Assembly (NCBI RefSeq): GCF_009914755.1
Contig: NC_060931.1
Source: the human T2T-CHM13v2.0 reference genome, Homo sapiens
DNA: 64,000 nucleotides
Direction: 5' to 3' (one strand)
Position 1 is the first letter of the stretch, and each line of letters starts with the position of its first letter. The position numbers were made by a program, and so were the translations under genes. This document shows positions 14,029 through 28,110 of the stretch, piece after piece. Under the pieces are notes generated by a model. It saw only the letters and a list, made by a program, of their open reading frames with translations. It ran no database searches and was not told the DNA's origin.

Positions 14029-15545
14029 TACTTTGACTAGACTACTTAGTTTGACTTATTGTTCCCCCTAGAGAGGAAAGATTACAACAACCTCCATGTA
14101 GATTGATGTTTAGGATGCCCTTTGGGAATAGATCTGACTTAAAATGCCTTAAATATTATACCTTTAGACAGTCATCTTTATGAACATTGAATATGTGATA
14201 TTTTGGTCATAGGTTTAAAGAGATACACTTCTACTATTAGAAATCATTCTTTATTATAGTAATTTCTCCACACATTAAGAATGGAAAATTCTGTTTTAGA
14301 CCAGTAGATTTAGGGAGAAAGACTCTATGATCTTCGTTTCTGTCTTATTTTCTCAGCAGCAATGGAAAGGTTGTACCAAAAAGGATAATTTGTTAATGAT
14401 ATCGAAACTCTTAAGAATGACCCAAGTAAAATATAATTTTATGAAAATCTTTTCTTCTGAACTGTATATTTGGATTTGATGTGGATATTTCAAGATATAC
14501 ATTTTAGAAATACTAAAATAATGTGTCTAGATTCCTGGTAATGCCAAGTTCCTACTTGTTCTTTGATTCCCCCAACTCGTTAAATCAATAGCATTCATTG
14601 CTTCTTGCACAGGATCGACCCAGATGACAATAAACAATAGAGTCATCATTTGGCTTTGATCTTTCAAACATGTGTAGCAAGATGGCAGTCTTCAAGCAAG
14701 CACCTTTTGTTTGCAAAAGCCATGCTTTTTTGAGGTAGAAAAAAGGAGGAGATGTATATTATGGTATTCTTACAAATTAGAACTCGATATGGGGATCTTA
14801 TAGCAGAACAAAACAGAGAGGAACAATGGACAGAACACATGGGAAATTCCCACAACATAGGAAGGAGCAAATCTACCCTGTACTGGGGAAGATCACTGAA
14901 GGGGAAGAAGATCAAGAAATTTGGCAGAACAGTGTTACTTCTCCATCCTGTCACCCTTAGGTGAGATCTTGAAACTGGGAGTGGACAAGTAAAAGTTTAA
15001 TTGATTCTTCCAAATTCCAGAACCTGGGGGAGGTTGTAGACCCTCTTTATAGTGAAATGTCCAATATGACATTGGGGTGGCTAATGGGAGAGGCTAAGGT
15101 TACCTTGAAGGAGTCTTGCACACTGCAGAGTCAACAGTGGAGAGCTTCCTCTCCACCTCCTCTCCAGTGTTCACATTCTGTGAGGACCAGTGCACCAAGG
15201 AGCTGAGTAGTGGAGGATGCAGAATGCAGAGAACTCACCAACAGGTGCAGTGGCAATTCCGTGGTCATCAGGTGTGGGTACCGTTAATAAACCAGGGCAG
15301 ACAAATCACTGTTACCAGGAGAGGATTGCTAGCAGACTGCGCAGATCGCAGGACATTTCAGCAAAAGCCCTGAGAACCCAGAGGAGAGAGGAACTAGATG
15401 TTCCTTTTCATTCAGGAACACCCTCTTGGGAAGAAGGAGGAGTATGAAGAAAATGTTCCTTTTAATTGTAAAGTTAAAGGATTTTTTTTTCCATGTATAA
15501 GAAGACCTGTATGGAAAACCATATCAATGATAAAAAGTAAAGTTA

Positions 15546-15624
15546 TTAGGTTGGTGCAAAAGGAATTATGGTTTTTGCCATTGAAAGTAATGATAAAAAC
15601 CGCAATTACTATGCACCAACCTAA
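15546..15624. mobile_element. MADE1 (Hsmar1-derived mariner MITE)
   Basis: ttaggttggtgcaaaa...tgcaccaacctaa inverted termini, 79 bp, flanked by TA on both sides. Confidence 0.95.
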
Positions 15625-16619
15625 TAAATGAATTGTAGAAAATAAACTTTACACCCACCAGCTAAGCTATTCATTCTATGTTCAAAGGTACAAGGAAAGT
15701 TGACTTTTCTGAGGGCCAGAAATGTGGCAGTATAAACATAGCTTATTTAGCCCAGTGTGGACCATAAGCCCTAGAGTGTCAGTACCTGAAGATTTTTTAC
15801 CTAATTGCTCACCTCTTTCCAATTTTTTTGCCTTTAAATTCTATCCTGCATTTTGCTGCTCATGTAGTCATCTGCCTGCAGTCTGCCTTTCTGTGTCACG
15901 CAATTCCCTAACTCAAGTACCTCAGTAATGCATTTCTTTATACCAGGAAGAACTGTAATTCACTCCTAAGATTTGTTCCTTGTTTTATTACTATTTTTTG
16001 TTCCTTTTGAACAATTCTAATTATAACTTATAGCAAGTTGAGTGTAGTTTGTTCTATAATTTTTAGCGACAGAAAATGACTGTTTAGAATCATTTTTTCC
16101 ATGCCTTCACTGTTATTCTAAACATAATATATAGTTTAGACTATGACAATATAATAGTTTTAATAAAAATTCAAACTGACCAACAGCAGGAAGTGTATAA
16201 AAGCCTTCAAATACTACTGCTAACCAATTGAGTTCAGTGACCACACTGAAACTTGAGAAGAGCATGCTTACAATTTAGCTTTGTGGTATATTGGAGTCTT
16301 GTGTGTCAGTATGCATGTTTCATGGGATTTGTAAGCTGAAAGACCTTGATGCTAACTTAATACAAACAAGATAAAATATTCTTAGCAGAGTGTGCTGACC
16401 ATATGTGAGATTCATTTGATGATGTTTTTCATTTTCTTTATAAAACACATCTCAGGACCACTAGCAGTTATTGTTCTGAAACTTAAATGACACAAATGAA
16501 GTCACATCATTGTGATCAGTGAATCCATCTCTAATGGTTTAAATTTTAGATTCAGCTAATCTAAACTAAATCCCTTCTATATCACAGACAACTAAGCCCA
16601 ATGCTTTGTGTATAACATG

Positions 16620-17040
16620 CATTCATTTAAACATTGGTTTTTTTGTTTTTTCGATCATGGGTTAGGCGTGTGCTAAGTGCACGTGAGACGGAAGAGATAG
16701 AAGGCATAGTTTAGGGTCTCAAAGAACACACAGCATGGTCAAGGAGTTGGAATAATAAACAAGTAAATATAAGGGTAAAATTTGTATAAGTTTATCTTGG
16801 AGCCTAGCGAATGGGCTGATCTTCTCATATGGTCATGGAAGATTTCCTTAAGTCTCAATGAATTAGTCCCTATTACCCAAGTAAATAGAGGAAGAATGCA
16901 TCGGAAGCCAAGGGGATGAATGAAGCTGACACCTTTCGAGAACCTTTAGGAGTTTGATTTGAACAGAACATAAGATGCACATGGAGAAAGTGCCTAGATA
17001 TAAAGGCTGAAAAGTAGGATTTAGGGGAGATCATGCACTA
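16620..17040 (-). mobile_element. L2 3' fragment
   Basis: cattcatttaaacatt...gtgtgctaagtgc...ctcaaagaacacacag. Confidence 0.6.
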
Positions 17041-17049
17041 TCTAAACCT

Positions 17050-17190
17050 CAGAAGAGCTCTGTAAAGTAACTAGTGTTATGCTTATTTTACCCATGAGGA
17101 AACAGCCTTGGGGCACTGAAACAACTGGCTCACAGCCACACAGTAAATGGCAGGGTGGGTCTTCTGACCCCAAATTCTGGGCTCCTCTCA
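17050..17190 (-). mobile_element. MIR fragment
   Basis: attttacccatgaggaaacag...ccacacagtaaatggcag...tctgaccccaaa. Confidence 0.7.
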
Positions 17191-17462
17191 TTATCACAGA
17201 GGAGTTATTGGATTTTTTTTTTGTCTCTTCATGGTCCTTTTTATTTCTATCTATAGTATCAGTCATTAATGGCAATAAAATTTTGAGTTGGAATTGCCTA
17301 ATAGTAGAGAACAATGCTACTCCAAAATTTATTAGTAATAATAAATCATAGCTCTTACTCTTAAGATTATAAGAAGCAAGAAGTTCCTATCTATCTTCAC
17401 AGCCATGTGTTTAAAGTTTGTATTGAGTATGAGACAAATATATTTTAAAATATGTATATATA

Positions 17463-17767
<305 letters not shown>

Positions 17768-18316
17768 ATATATATTTTTATTCATTCAAAAAATATGTTT
17801 CTGCCACATGTATAGGCAAGCCTTTCATTTTGTCCTTCTGGGTAACCATTTGTTCAGAAGCCTGGGAAGTAAGGGAACTAGCCTAAGGGGTGAGGCCAAC
17901 TGCAAGGTTGGTCTCATACAGATGTTCATCTGGGGTTGGTTAAAATTGTTTTGAAATTTCTTCTTCAGAAATAAGGATCCAATGCTCATGAATGATTTGA
18001 TGTCTTAGAGTGACTCAAAGTATCAGAAACATTTTAAGTATTTAGTTTGGAACCATTAAAATGAAACAAATGAAAATTTAGCCATGCCTTATACTCCTTG
18101 AGTGACCATCAGGAAGAAAATAGTCATTCTTTTAAGTGAAAATTCATTAATGTGGGGTTAATTCCCCTAAGGAGAGGCCTAATGATAAGCATTAGGTAGG
18201 TATCTGTGTGTGTATAATTTTTCTGGAATGGAGAGAATCTGTAGGATTCTTAAGACACAGTAAATTCTGAAGGATTAAGAATCACTTCAAGTCTGACACC
18301 CTGAACTGAGCAAGTA

Positions 18317-18320
<4 letters not shown>

Positions 18321-18365
<45 letters not shown>
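18321..18365. repeat. (TG)22 microsatellite
   Basis: Uninterrupted TG run. Confidence 0.98.
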
Positions 18366-18367
<2 letters not shown>

Positions 18368-20187
18368 TTGCTGTGTTTGTGGATCGCCTTGGATTACTTT
18401 TAATCTGTAGTGTGAGGTTCTCTAGAGTTGATTCTAGGTAAGCAAGCAAAAATTTTTAGACATTTTAGGTTAACATTAGGCAAAGAAGGTTTTTCGTTTG
18501 TTTTGTTTTTTAATATTAAGAGGGGATGTTCATAAAGTAACATACTGATTCCATTATGTCATCCAAACAATAGTATCAACACTATGTTCCACAACAGTAA
18601 AGCTTTAGGACCTGTAAATTAATGTTTCGTATGTGAATTATGAATACAATATTTTAATTATGTTGAAATTAAACCAATACCACATCATCAGTCTCTCAGC
18701 TCACATGAGTAAATAGAAATGTGATCTTTAATTTTTATTGAGTTGCTTAACAGTTTCTGCTTTGTAAAATCTGTGATAGGCTACTAAATCCCTTTATAAA
18801 CCCTTCCTTTTACCCCCAAAATATTTTCAGATGGTGCAGAATATAACAAGTTGCTATAGTAACTGTGCAAGCTAAAGTAATATGCCCTGTAATAGCCATG
18901 AAATACAAGTAGCATTATTTTGAATTTTGTGTTAAAAACAGAAATGTATAAAGGTGATACAATAATAAATAAAATTTAATTATGTGTTGACCAATGAAAC
19001 AAAAATCTGTGAGTCACATTTTCCTCACCTATAAAATTTTTGCACATTCTCAATTGTTTCATATGTGTCTATTTTCTTAAAGGGTAGTTCTAAACTTTCT
19101 TTTACTTTGCTTAAATTATTGCTCTCAAAATATAAACAAGCTTAGTAATAGTGTATCTAATCAATCTAATTGATATTTTAGAATATCAATTAAGTGTTAA
19201 TATTTATATTTTACTATAATTATGCAGAAATATATAAATCCAAAATCTTGTTTTATGTTTTTACAGTTTTGTAGACTTTTTTTGCATTTGGAGAATATTT
19301 TTGACATATTTTCCACAATTGCAAAGAAATTTTGAAATTTAGCCACTTCTAAAGAACTACTTCTAATTTTGAAGGCAAAGAAATTATCTTTAAGTCTACA
19401 TTTAACCTATTTAAGAGAATTCTTATAACTTAGCATATAACCAAAATTTAGGCAAAACATAAATTCTGATCTGAAAAATAGTATTACCTACTTGATTTTC
19501 CATCACTTATATGTTCTATTAAATAACAACTTTCTAAAACATCTAGTGTTTTAATAACTTTTGTGAACATTTCAGTCACACCTAATAATGCATCATAATA
19601 TAAATACAGCATGTTTTAAAAAGTTACTCAGCTTCTTTTACATTATTACTCCCTATTGGTTAAAATATTGCAAAATGGACAGTCTTTTTACAGATGTACA
19701 CAAATAACTTACAGGTTTGGGAACAGTTTGCAATTCTTTAATTGCCATTTTCTCTGAAAACTATCACTGCTACATCCAAAAGACATATGTGACATTCGAA
19801 AGTATATACTTAAATTTTGTAGCTAAGTGTTTGTGTGTGTTAATGGCATAAGCTTAGGATTGGCATAAATTTTTAGGAAAATAACTTTAAATTGGTACCA
19901 TTTAAAAAAATCCCCAATACCTATTTGTGATGATCTTACTATGTTCTCTTAAGACTAATGAAACTAGAGAAACTCTCTTTGAGATGGTTTTTGTCTATTG
20001 CCTGTAACTTACCACAGATTCTGTTTTTGTGGTGTGCTATTAGTTGTCACTTCCAATATAATTTAATAATTCTAAGGACATTGATCTTATTGATAGTGTT
20101 CAGTAAGAATTTGCTTTTCATTATGCCAATGATTTCATATTGAATTAGGACATATTTGTAAGAATCAAATAATTAGTTCTTAATTTC

Positions 20188-20514
20188 TTTTTTTTTTTGA
20201 GACGGAGTCTCACTCTGTCGCCTAGGCTTTAGTGCAGTGGCACGATCTTGGCTCACCGCAACCTCCACCTCCCAGGTTCAAGCGATTCTCTTCCTCAGCC
20301 TCACGAGTAGCTGGGACTACAGGCATGTGCTGCCATGCCCAGTAGCTGGGTTTACAGGCATGTGCCGCCGTGCCCAGCTGATTTTTGTATTTTTAGTAGA
20401 GACGGGGTTTCGGCATGTTGGCCAGACTGGTCTTGAACTCCTGACCTTAGGTGATCCACCCACCTAGGCCTCCCAAAGTGCTGAGATTACAGGTGTGAGC
20501 CACTGCGCCCGGCC
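20188..20514 (-). mobile_element. AluS (Sx/Sz-like) with internal 35-bp tandem duplication
   Basis: Complete antisense Alu; 20306-20340 is repeated at 20341-20375. Confidence 0.95.
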
Positions 20515-20949
20515 TAAAATTTCTTTATCTTTCATTCTGATTTCCAGTAATTTCCGAATAACCTTTAGTTAAATTTGAAAAATTACTTATGCCATTATAA
20601 TGGTAAACATGCTTTCAAGAAATAAAATGTTTTCGACTATAAGTTTTGCCTACTCTATTTGTCTTAACATATGTTTATAACTTATTGGTGACAGGTGATC
20701 ACAAAGAGATTTTCCCCAAAACTGAAATGATTTCAAATATATTTATTTATAAGATTTTTTAATGTTTTTAGTGTTTGGTGAGTGACTCTTCTCTATAGAT
20801 TACATTTTCATGGCAGAACAAATTTGCATTCAATTAAATATAATATCTTCATTATCATTTATCTAAATATAAAGATGCAATAAAACATAGTCTATCTCAA
20901 AATTTTTATAATTTGGAGATAAGTTTGTATATATAATATCACTTATTTT

Positions 20950-21244
20950 TAATTTTTTTTCCTCCAACTTTTAGATTCCATGGGTACATGTGCTGGTTTG
21001 TTACCCAGGTGTATTGTGTGATGCTGAGGTTTGGGTTACAAATGATTCCATCAGCCGGGTGCTGAGCATGATACTCAATAGTTAGTTGGTCAACCCTTGT
21101 TCCCCTTCCTCCCTACCCCCGGTAGTCCCCAGTTTCTATTGCTGCTGTCTTTATGTCCATGTATAGACATTGTTACCTCCCACATATAAAGAGAACATGC
21201 AGTATTTGGTTTTCTGTTCCTTCATTAATTGACATAGAATATGG
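20950..21244 (-). mobile_element. Old L1PA (about PA13-16) 3' terminus
   Basis: ggtacatgtgctggtttgttac...gatgctgaggtttggg...gagaacatgcagtatttggttttctgttcc. Confidence 0.85.
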
Positions 21245-21532
21245 GAATGCAAATTAGTTCAGCCACTGTGGAAAGGAGTTGGGAGATTCCTGAAAGAACA
21301 CAGAACTGCCATTCAGCCCAGCAATCCTATTAGTGAGTGTATATCCAAGAAGACACATGCACTTACATGTTCATTGCAGGGCTTTTCACAATAGCAAAGA
21401 CACTGAATCAACCTACATGCCAATCAGGGTTGGACTAAAAGTGTGGTACATATATACTATGGAATACTATGCAGCCATAAGAAAGAATGAAATCATGTTC
21501 TTTGAAGCAACATGGATACAACAGGAGGCCAT
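21243..21532 (+). mobile_element. Inverted internal segment of the same L1PA
   Basis: Sense L1 sequence gggaatgcaaattagttcagccactgtggaaag...ggaatactatgcagccataa...ggaggccat. Confidence 0.85.
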
Positions 21533-21632
21533 GTCCTGGTCAGGCTGGCCTCGAACTCCTGACCTCAGGTGATCCACCCGCCTTGACCTCCCAAAGTGCT
21601 GGGATTACAGATATGAGCCACTGCATCTGGCC
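21533..21632 (-). mobile_element. Alu remnant (5' ~100 bp only)
   Basis: ggtcaggctggcctcgaactcctgacctcaggtgatcc...gagccactgcatctggcc; no right arm or tail. Confidence 0.9.
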
Positions 21633-22016
21633 TTTTGACTTTTTATTAATAGCAGTTGACTAGTGTGAGATGTTATCTCATTGTGGTTTTGATTTGGCAT
21701 TTCTCTGATGATTAGTGATGTGGAGAATTTTTTTCTTATGTTTGTTGGCCGCTTATATGTCTTCTTTGGGGAAGTGTCTCTTCATACCTTTTGCCCATTT
21801 TTTGATGAGGTTATTTGTTTTTTGCTTGTTGAGTTATTAAAATTTCATATAGATTCTGGATATTAGACCTTTGTCGAATGCATGGTTTGCAAATATTTTC
21901 TTCCATTGTGTAGGTTCTGTTTACACTGATGTTAGTTTTAGTTTGGTGTGCAGAAGCTTTTTAGTTTAATTAGACCCCACACATCAATTTCCGGTTTTGT
22001 TGGAATTGCTTTTGAG
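21633..22016 (-). mobile_element. L1PA continuation (ORF2 3' part)
   Basis: gtgtgagatgttatctcattgtggttttgattt...gtgcagaagctttttagtttaattag. Confidence 0.88.
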
Positions 22017-22397
22017 AGAGGAAGACATTTCATTTTTCTAGAGAAAGAAGGAAGATAACAAATGGAATAAGATCTTGAACTTGGTGTAAATGGGAAGGTA
22101 TACATTCTGAATGTAAGAGAGAGGGATACCTTATGCTCTGAGACAGGCAGGGAGAAGGGGGCAGGGATTGCTGGTGTCTGAAGGTACGGGGACAGAAAAT
22201 AGAATGAGTTCATGCTTTGTTTATTTTGTCAATTAAGTAGGAGGCAAGATCATTTGTGAATTGTAAGAAAAGATGGCAAGGTAATTTGCCCTAAGGGGTT
22301 TGAGAATGGAAAGTTTTGGAATGGCTGTTTACAATTGGATGTGAGATAGCCACATAGGGCCAGGCAAGTAGTTAGCTGTGTGGCGTTGAGTCCCAAT

Positions 22398-22510
22398 AAT
22401 TTAACAAGCATTTCCTGAATTCTTGCTACATGTCAAGTACTTGGCTAGGCTCTGGAAATACAGAGATGAAAGATCTGGTCCTGGTCCTTGGGAGTTTACA
22501 GACATATCAA
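22398..22510 (-). mobile_element. L2 3' end
   Basis: atttaacaagcatttcctg...ctaggctctggaaatacagagatgaa...ggagtttacag. Confidence 0.7.
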
Positions 22511-22764
22511 TCACTAGTTACCCTGTGAGTGCTGCTATGGCAGCTGAGAAGGGGAAAGTCTTTCTCAGCTTGGGTAGGAGACAGAAATGGATACATTTTC
22601 CCTGAAGGAGAGCTTCTTAAGCTCTCGTATGTGCTACAGAATCATCTTGTTTTCAGGCAAGTTAACAGTGGAATATTCTTAAGGTCTAAGTTATGCACTG
22701 AATGGCATCTAACAGTACAGTAGGAAATTAAACAACAAAATCTAAAAATAATGAACACCGAAAT

Positions 22765-22935
22765 ATTAGGCAGAGTGTTTCAGTTGTTAGTGACAAAGAT
22801 CCAAAGTAAATTAAAGAGGGAAAAAATAATTGAAATTGTTGATTCACACCATTGCAACAATCTGGAAATCGCTTTTGGTTTCAGAAATGGCTATATTTAG
22901 GGGTTTAAATAATATCAACATGTCTCAATCTTTCT
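22765..22935 (-). mobile_element. Old MLT1 (J/K-like) LTR fragment
   Basis: tttcagttgttagtgacaaagatccaa...ggtttcagaaatggctatatttaggggtttaaataat. Confidence 0.45.
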
Positions 22936-24591
22936 GTGACTTTGAGAAAGGAGCATCCTCTGTACTCCAGCAGTTTCATATTGTACACCTGTAAGCCTGT
23001 GCATTCCCCTTTGAGAAGTAAAACTTGCTCTTTTGCTATAGCTGCGTGGCAGAACTGTGAGTTCCAGGTTCAGGAAAGCTGTGTTCCCTGTCCCATCTGC
23101 CCACCGAATCTGATGAGAACATTTTGCCTTACCATTATAGTTTTAAAAAATGCTATTTTTTATATATTTAAAAATTTTAGGGTAAAATTATCAAATCTAC
23201 AATTGAAGCTTCATCTTTATTAACAAAATAGCCACTAATTACTTGAACATAATTCTGAATACATACCATGCTCAATTCTAGTGTTGATAGTTAATAATTT
23301 AAACAAAAGAATAAAAAAATGTACATTAGAATCTTAAATGCAGATGTAGGCAAAGTCACATGTGCTTGTTTGAGAAAATTTTTGTGTTGTATAACTTGGA
23401 ATAGATAAAGCATTATAAAACCTTCAGTGCAGGGTCCTCCTTAACATTCAAATGTACTGGACTGTTAACAGAGATCGTAAAGATTTTTAATGAAATGTAA
23501 TCCAAATAACTATTAAACACTTTTCCTAGTTTTGTTTAATACTTTCAGGAAACTATCTGATCATGAAAATGTAATGTTCCTGAAGCGATTTTTTTAAGAA
23601 GTCCAAACATGGTCACATGAGGCTAATCTTAGACGATTTAACTACATTATGAGCAAGAGAATTGATGTTTCAGGAAGTTGAGAAAATAATATATATATGT
23701 TTTATATAATCATTGAGAATCATTTCAGTGTACCCTATTGCATATATCTGATTTCTGTGTTCTTTTTTTTGGTTAGAATAATGAACACGATAGCTATGAA
23801 ACATTGTTTCCTTTGCTTAGTTTATTTCGACTCTGTTATATCCTCATTTGCATTCATCTGTAGGTGAGCAATTAACATTATTATTTGTGTTGCTCTTAAT
23901 TCATAAATATTATACCATAAACTGTGCTTTAGGTAGTCCAGTTTTATTGCTATGATTAATAACTATGATAATTATTTTTATCTTTACATCATTTAACATT
24001 TTGCCATAGGAAATCATCACTACAGTAAAGGTAATGAACATATTCATCCCCTGAGCATTAATAATGTTTAATGCTTGGATTTTGAAACTATGTTAGAGAG
24101 CAGTTTGAAGGATGAAGACATCAAGATTGTCACTGAATAGGAAATAAATGTCCTGGTATGGAAGAAATGAAATAATATAGAAAGTTTAAAGTTTCTGCAC
24201 AACCCAGGGTAAAAAATGAAGGCTTATGACTCAGTCTTTGCAGTAAAAATATCTCCTCCCCTCCTTCCTAAAATGGTCTCAATTAGATAAGGTTACCGTT
24301 GTGGTCACCACATTTTTTGTAAAAGCAGGGCATTCTGTCCTCTAAGTTTCTGGTCAGAGGTTGAAGCAATGTAAAACAAAATAAGCACCATTGTTACATA
24401 AGCACTGCATGTAGACAAGGTATATTTAGCTTTGTAGGTAGTTCAGAATAATAAAGATTAGAATATGAAGGCTGAGCGTCTGGGGAAATTTTTTTAAAGA
24501 AATGTTTCTGAACAAAAACCACAGCACAGATTAAGGATTGGTGCTTACAATACAAAGAATGATAAGCAACATGCATTAAAATTTTACTGAA

Positions 24592-25035
<444 letters not shown>

Positions 25036-25699
25036 CTATAAATGGCTCTAAATGGAAGTCCAAAACTTACTTTTCCCTGACTCGTCATTGAGATTGTACT
25101 TTTTATTCATAGTTTAACCTTCTTTACTCAAGATGATAAAAGAGCAATAGGAAAATCTGGGGAAAGGAAAAGATGGGTAGGAATAAAAAAATGTATCTAT
25201 GAATGAGGTGAGAGGACACAGAATTCATGCTGTGTAGTCCAGCACATTCAGAAATGACCTCGAATTTGGTTCTGAGATTTCTAGCAGCAAGCAAAAAGAA
25301 GGCAAATCAGTTACAAGTGTCACGCGTTTCATAAGATCAAAAATAAACAGTTGTTCTAGAGAAGCAAAACTCTTCACTGGCACTAAAGGGAGACATTTCT
25401 TCTCTCAGTTGTTTTGTAGTTAAGGAGATGGTGGCTCCTCTTCTTTGGACTCCAATGTTAGGGAGAATCTTCTGATTCCTAGAATATTGAATAAAAGGTG
25501 GAAATCTCTTAATGATATTGTACAAAGTAAAAAATTTTGCCAACATCATTTTATCCCTAGAAAAATGCGTTTGACATTTGGAATTATGTTAAGAATATGT
25601 TATTGTTTCCAATACTAACTAAATACCAGTAGTAACCAAGGTGCTATCAAAGTATGGATATCAGTGATATTTAACATGTTTCTGCTATTTTCCAGGTCT

Positions 25700-25880
25700 T
25701 GAAGTGCATTCACATTTATAATCACATCAAATTTTTATAGTATATCTGGGGAGTAGATAACATTATCCCTATATACTGGTTTTCCTACTGGTTTGAGGTC
25801 AAGAGACTTGCTTGAACTCACACAGAAATAAGTGGTATAGTTGGGACTAAAACATAGAACCAAATGTTTAAAATGTTTTT
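25700..25880 (-). mobile_element. MIR/MIR3 fragment
   Basis: gaggtcaagagacttgcttgaactcacacagaaataagtgg. Confidence 0.5.
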
Positions 25881-26047
25881 GTCACTACAGAAACTACAGT
25901 TCAATTTTGCAAGGAAAATCTTCCACTTACTCATTTATCATAAGTATAGGCATGTCTTTTCAATACTTATTTTATAAGCAGCATCCTTTTATTTATTGCT
26001 GTAATCTTGATAATATGGAATAGGGTGGAGAATAATGGGAATAATAA

Positions 26048-26238
26048 AATAACTATCATTTACCAAGTACTTTATCATTTCATTTATTTATTACAATAGC
26101 TCTGTAAGGTAAGGACCATTGTCCACATTTTGCAGATGAGAAACAAAATAGTAACAGCTGGTATATTGCAGAGCCAAAATTCTAAACAGGTCTGCCCAAG
26201 TCCAAAACCCTTATTTCTAGTTACCATGCCATGTGGCT
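26048..26238 (-). mobile_element. MIR
   Basis: cattttgcagatgagaaacaa...gcagagccaaaattctaaacaggtctg. Confidence 0.7.
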
Positions 26239-27049
26239 GGACAGCTTTTATGATACACATCAAGGAAGTTGCCATGATGGTAGAGTTAATTAGGTGTAAG
26301 ACCATTGTCACTCTGTCCTTACCAGGAAAGTTACAGAAAATACAGCTTCCTGCACTGGCTGCTAGGTAAATGCCTACTTACTCTCTGGGGTATATTAATG
26401 TTGGCAAACAGGGCAGTTTTCTTACACCAGGCTGTATACCTGTATTGAAAAGCAGAGCTTTGGAAGTTGCCAAGGCAGAACTGCCAGGCTGACTTCCATT
26501 TGGTCCATAAAAGTGAATAATGAAGTGAGTGTCCCTGCACATGGGACCGAGGAGACTGATTGTGTATGTCGCAGTAGAACTTTAGAATTCTGTGCATTAA
26601 CACCTTCTTCCTTCCCTCCTTTATGGTATTTGAGATATTAAATGGATGCTGCTATTTTCAGTTCAGCTGGCCAAGGGAAGTCATGGGTTTGGCAAGAAGA
26701 GAGCAGTAAGAGCAATATGTAACTGTTCTCATCCACTTATACTTCCATTCCTTCCGTTATTTTTGTGTTTATGTTTTATTTGTTGTTTCAGGTGCCATGG
26801 TAGGTGTTACAGTGAGTGCAAAAATGAAGGAAAAATACCCTATACCTTAAAGGAATTGATAATTTGGCAGTGGGTGAAGAGGAAAGATAAGCATTTTAAT
26901 TTAAAAATGCCCTCCAGGCTCTATAAGCTAAATGGCCAAGAAAAATAGACCCATGAAGATTAAATGCATTAGTAAGGAGAGAGATACAAATGAAAGCAAT
27001 AATAAGATGTAGTGACAATAAATAAAGTGGCAAGAGTTAGAAAACCAGA

Positions 27050-27550
27050 GAGAGCCAAGTAATGGCAGAAATGTAGAGATGTGGGGGCCAACATGGACTG
27101 CTGTTGATATTGCATAATGGCGCAGACATTCTAGAGAACGGTTTGTCATTACTTAGGCAATAAGATTACCTATTCCTGTGACCCTGCAATTCTTCTCTTT
27201 GACATATAGATTAAGAAAATCCTCAAACAGGTCTATATTGGTCAGATATGAACATATTCATTTCTGGTGAGCAGTAGTTGATTGTCAAAAGTGTGGGCAG
27301 TAAGCATTATGCAATAATTAGAAATTCCTGTGGAAACTTGGAAGGATTGTAAAAACCAGCATGGTGCAATCAAGAAAGGAGCAAGAGCTCTATCACAGAA
27401 TCCAGTAATATAAATGAGAATGAATGTATAATACAGTACATATTTTTCAAAAGTTACATGAAATATATTAGAGTAGTTTCCTGTGGGAAGAAGAGTCTAG
27501 AGATTGGATTGGGATTACAAAGGAATGTAAATATAACAGAGGGACTATTC
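27050..27550 (+). mobile_element. L1ME-like 3' fragment
   Basis: cctgtgaccctgcaattcttctctttgacatata...aaaatcctcaaacaggt. Confidence 0.5.
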
Positions 27551-27639
27551 ATGAACCAATAATTATAATGTTCCATTAAATAAGGAGTATGCTAAATTCA
27601 CACCTGTAAACTAGAAAAAACAAAATCCTGGAGATTCAG

Positions 27640-27920
27640 AGAAGTCACAACTTGAAGAGTTTAGGATATATTTCATGGAGCGGGTGGCATTTGAGGTGTA
27701 TCTTGAAGAATGGGTAAAATTTTAAACAGATACTGGGGAGGACAGGGAGCTGTCACAGGTAGGAGATAGTGGAATATATGAAGAAAGCCTTCCACCAGGG
27801 AGGAGGGTCAGGACCAGCAAGTGCTTGGCAATACAGTGGCAAGGGGCAAGGATCATTTAAAAGAGAGGAGTTCACTTTGGTTGGAGCAGAGGGTATGTGT
27901 GAAGCAAAGTAAAGATAATG
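27640..27920 (-). mobile_element. L2 fragment
   Basis: ttcatggagcgggtggcatttgaggtgtatcttgaagaatgggta; ttggttggagcagagggt. Confidence 0.6.
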
Positions 27921-28110
27921 AACAGTTATTTAGCACTATGTGTCAGGCATTGGCCTGAATACTTTATGCATAGTATCTAATTCATCCTCACAAAGGCCAT
28001 ATGACATAGACAATGTAATCATAACCATCGTCATCATCATCATCATCATCATCCACCTCACAGATGAGTAAACCATGTCTCAAAGAGGTAAATAACTTTT
28101 CAGCCACAGG
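27921..28110 (-). mobile_element. MIR with internal (CAT)n run
   Basis: gcactatgtgtcaggcattg...ttcatcctcac...(cat)n...cagatgagtaaacc...ctcaaagaggtaaataact. Confidence 0.75.

Noticed and set aside
14600-14966. Acceptor-like ttgcacag|g and donor-like ttag|gtgaga on the plus strand
   Set aside because: Such motifs are frequent by chance, and no coding signal or other support is visible.
18011-18017. Isolated AP-1 heptamers (also near 19010, 24227, 37622, 62274 and 63760)
   Set aside because: Their number is about what chance predicts in 64 kb, and they are not clustered.
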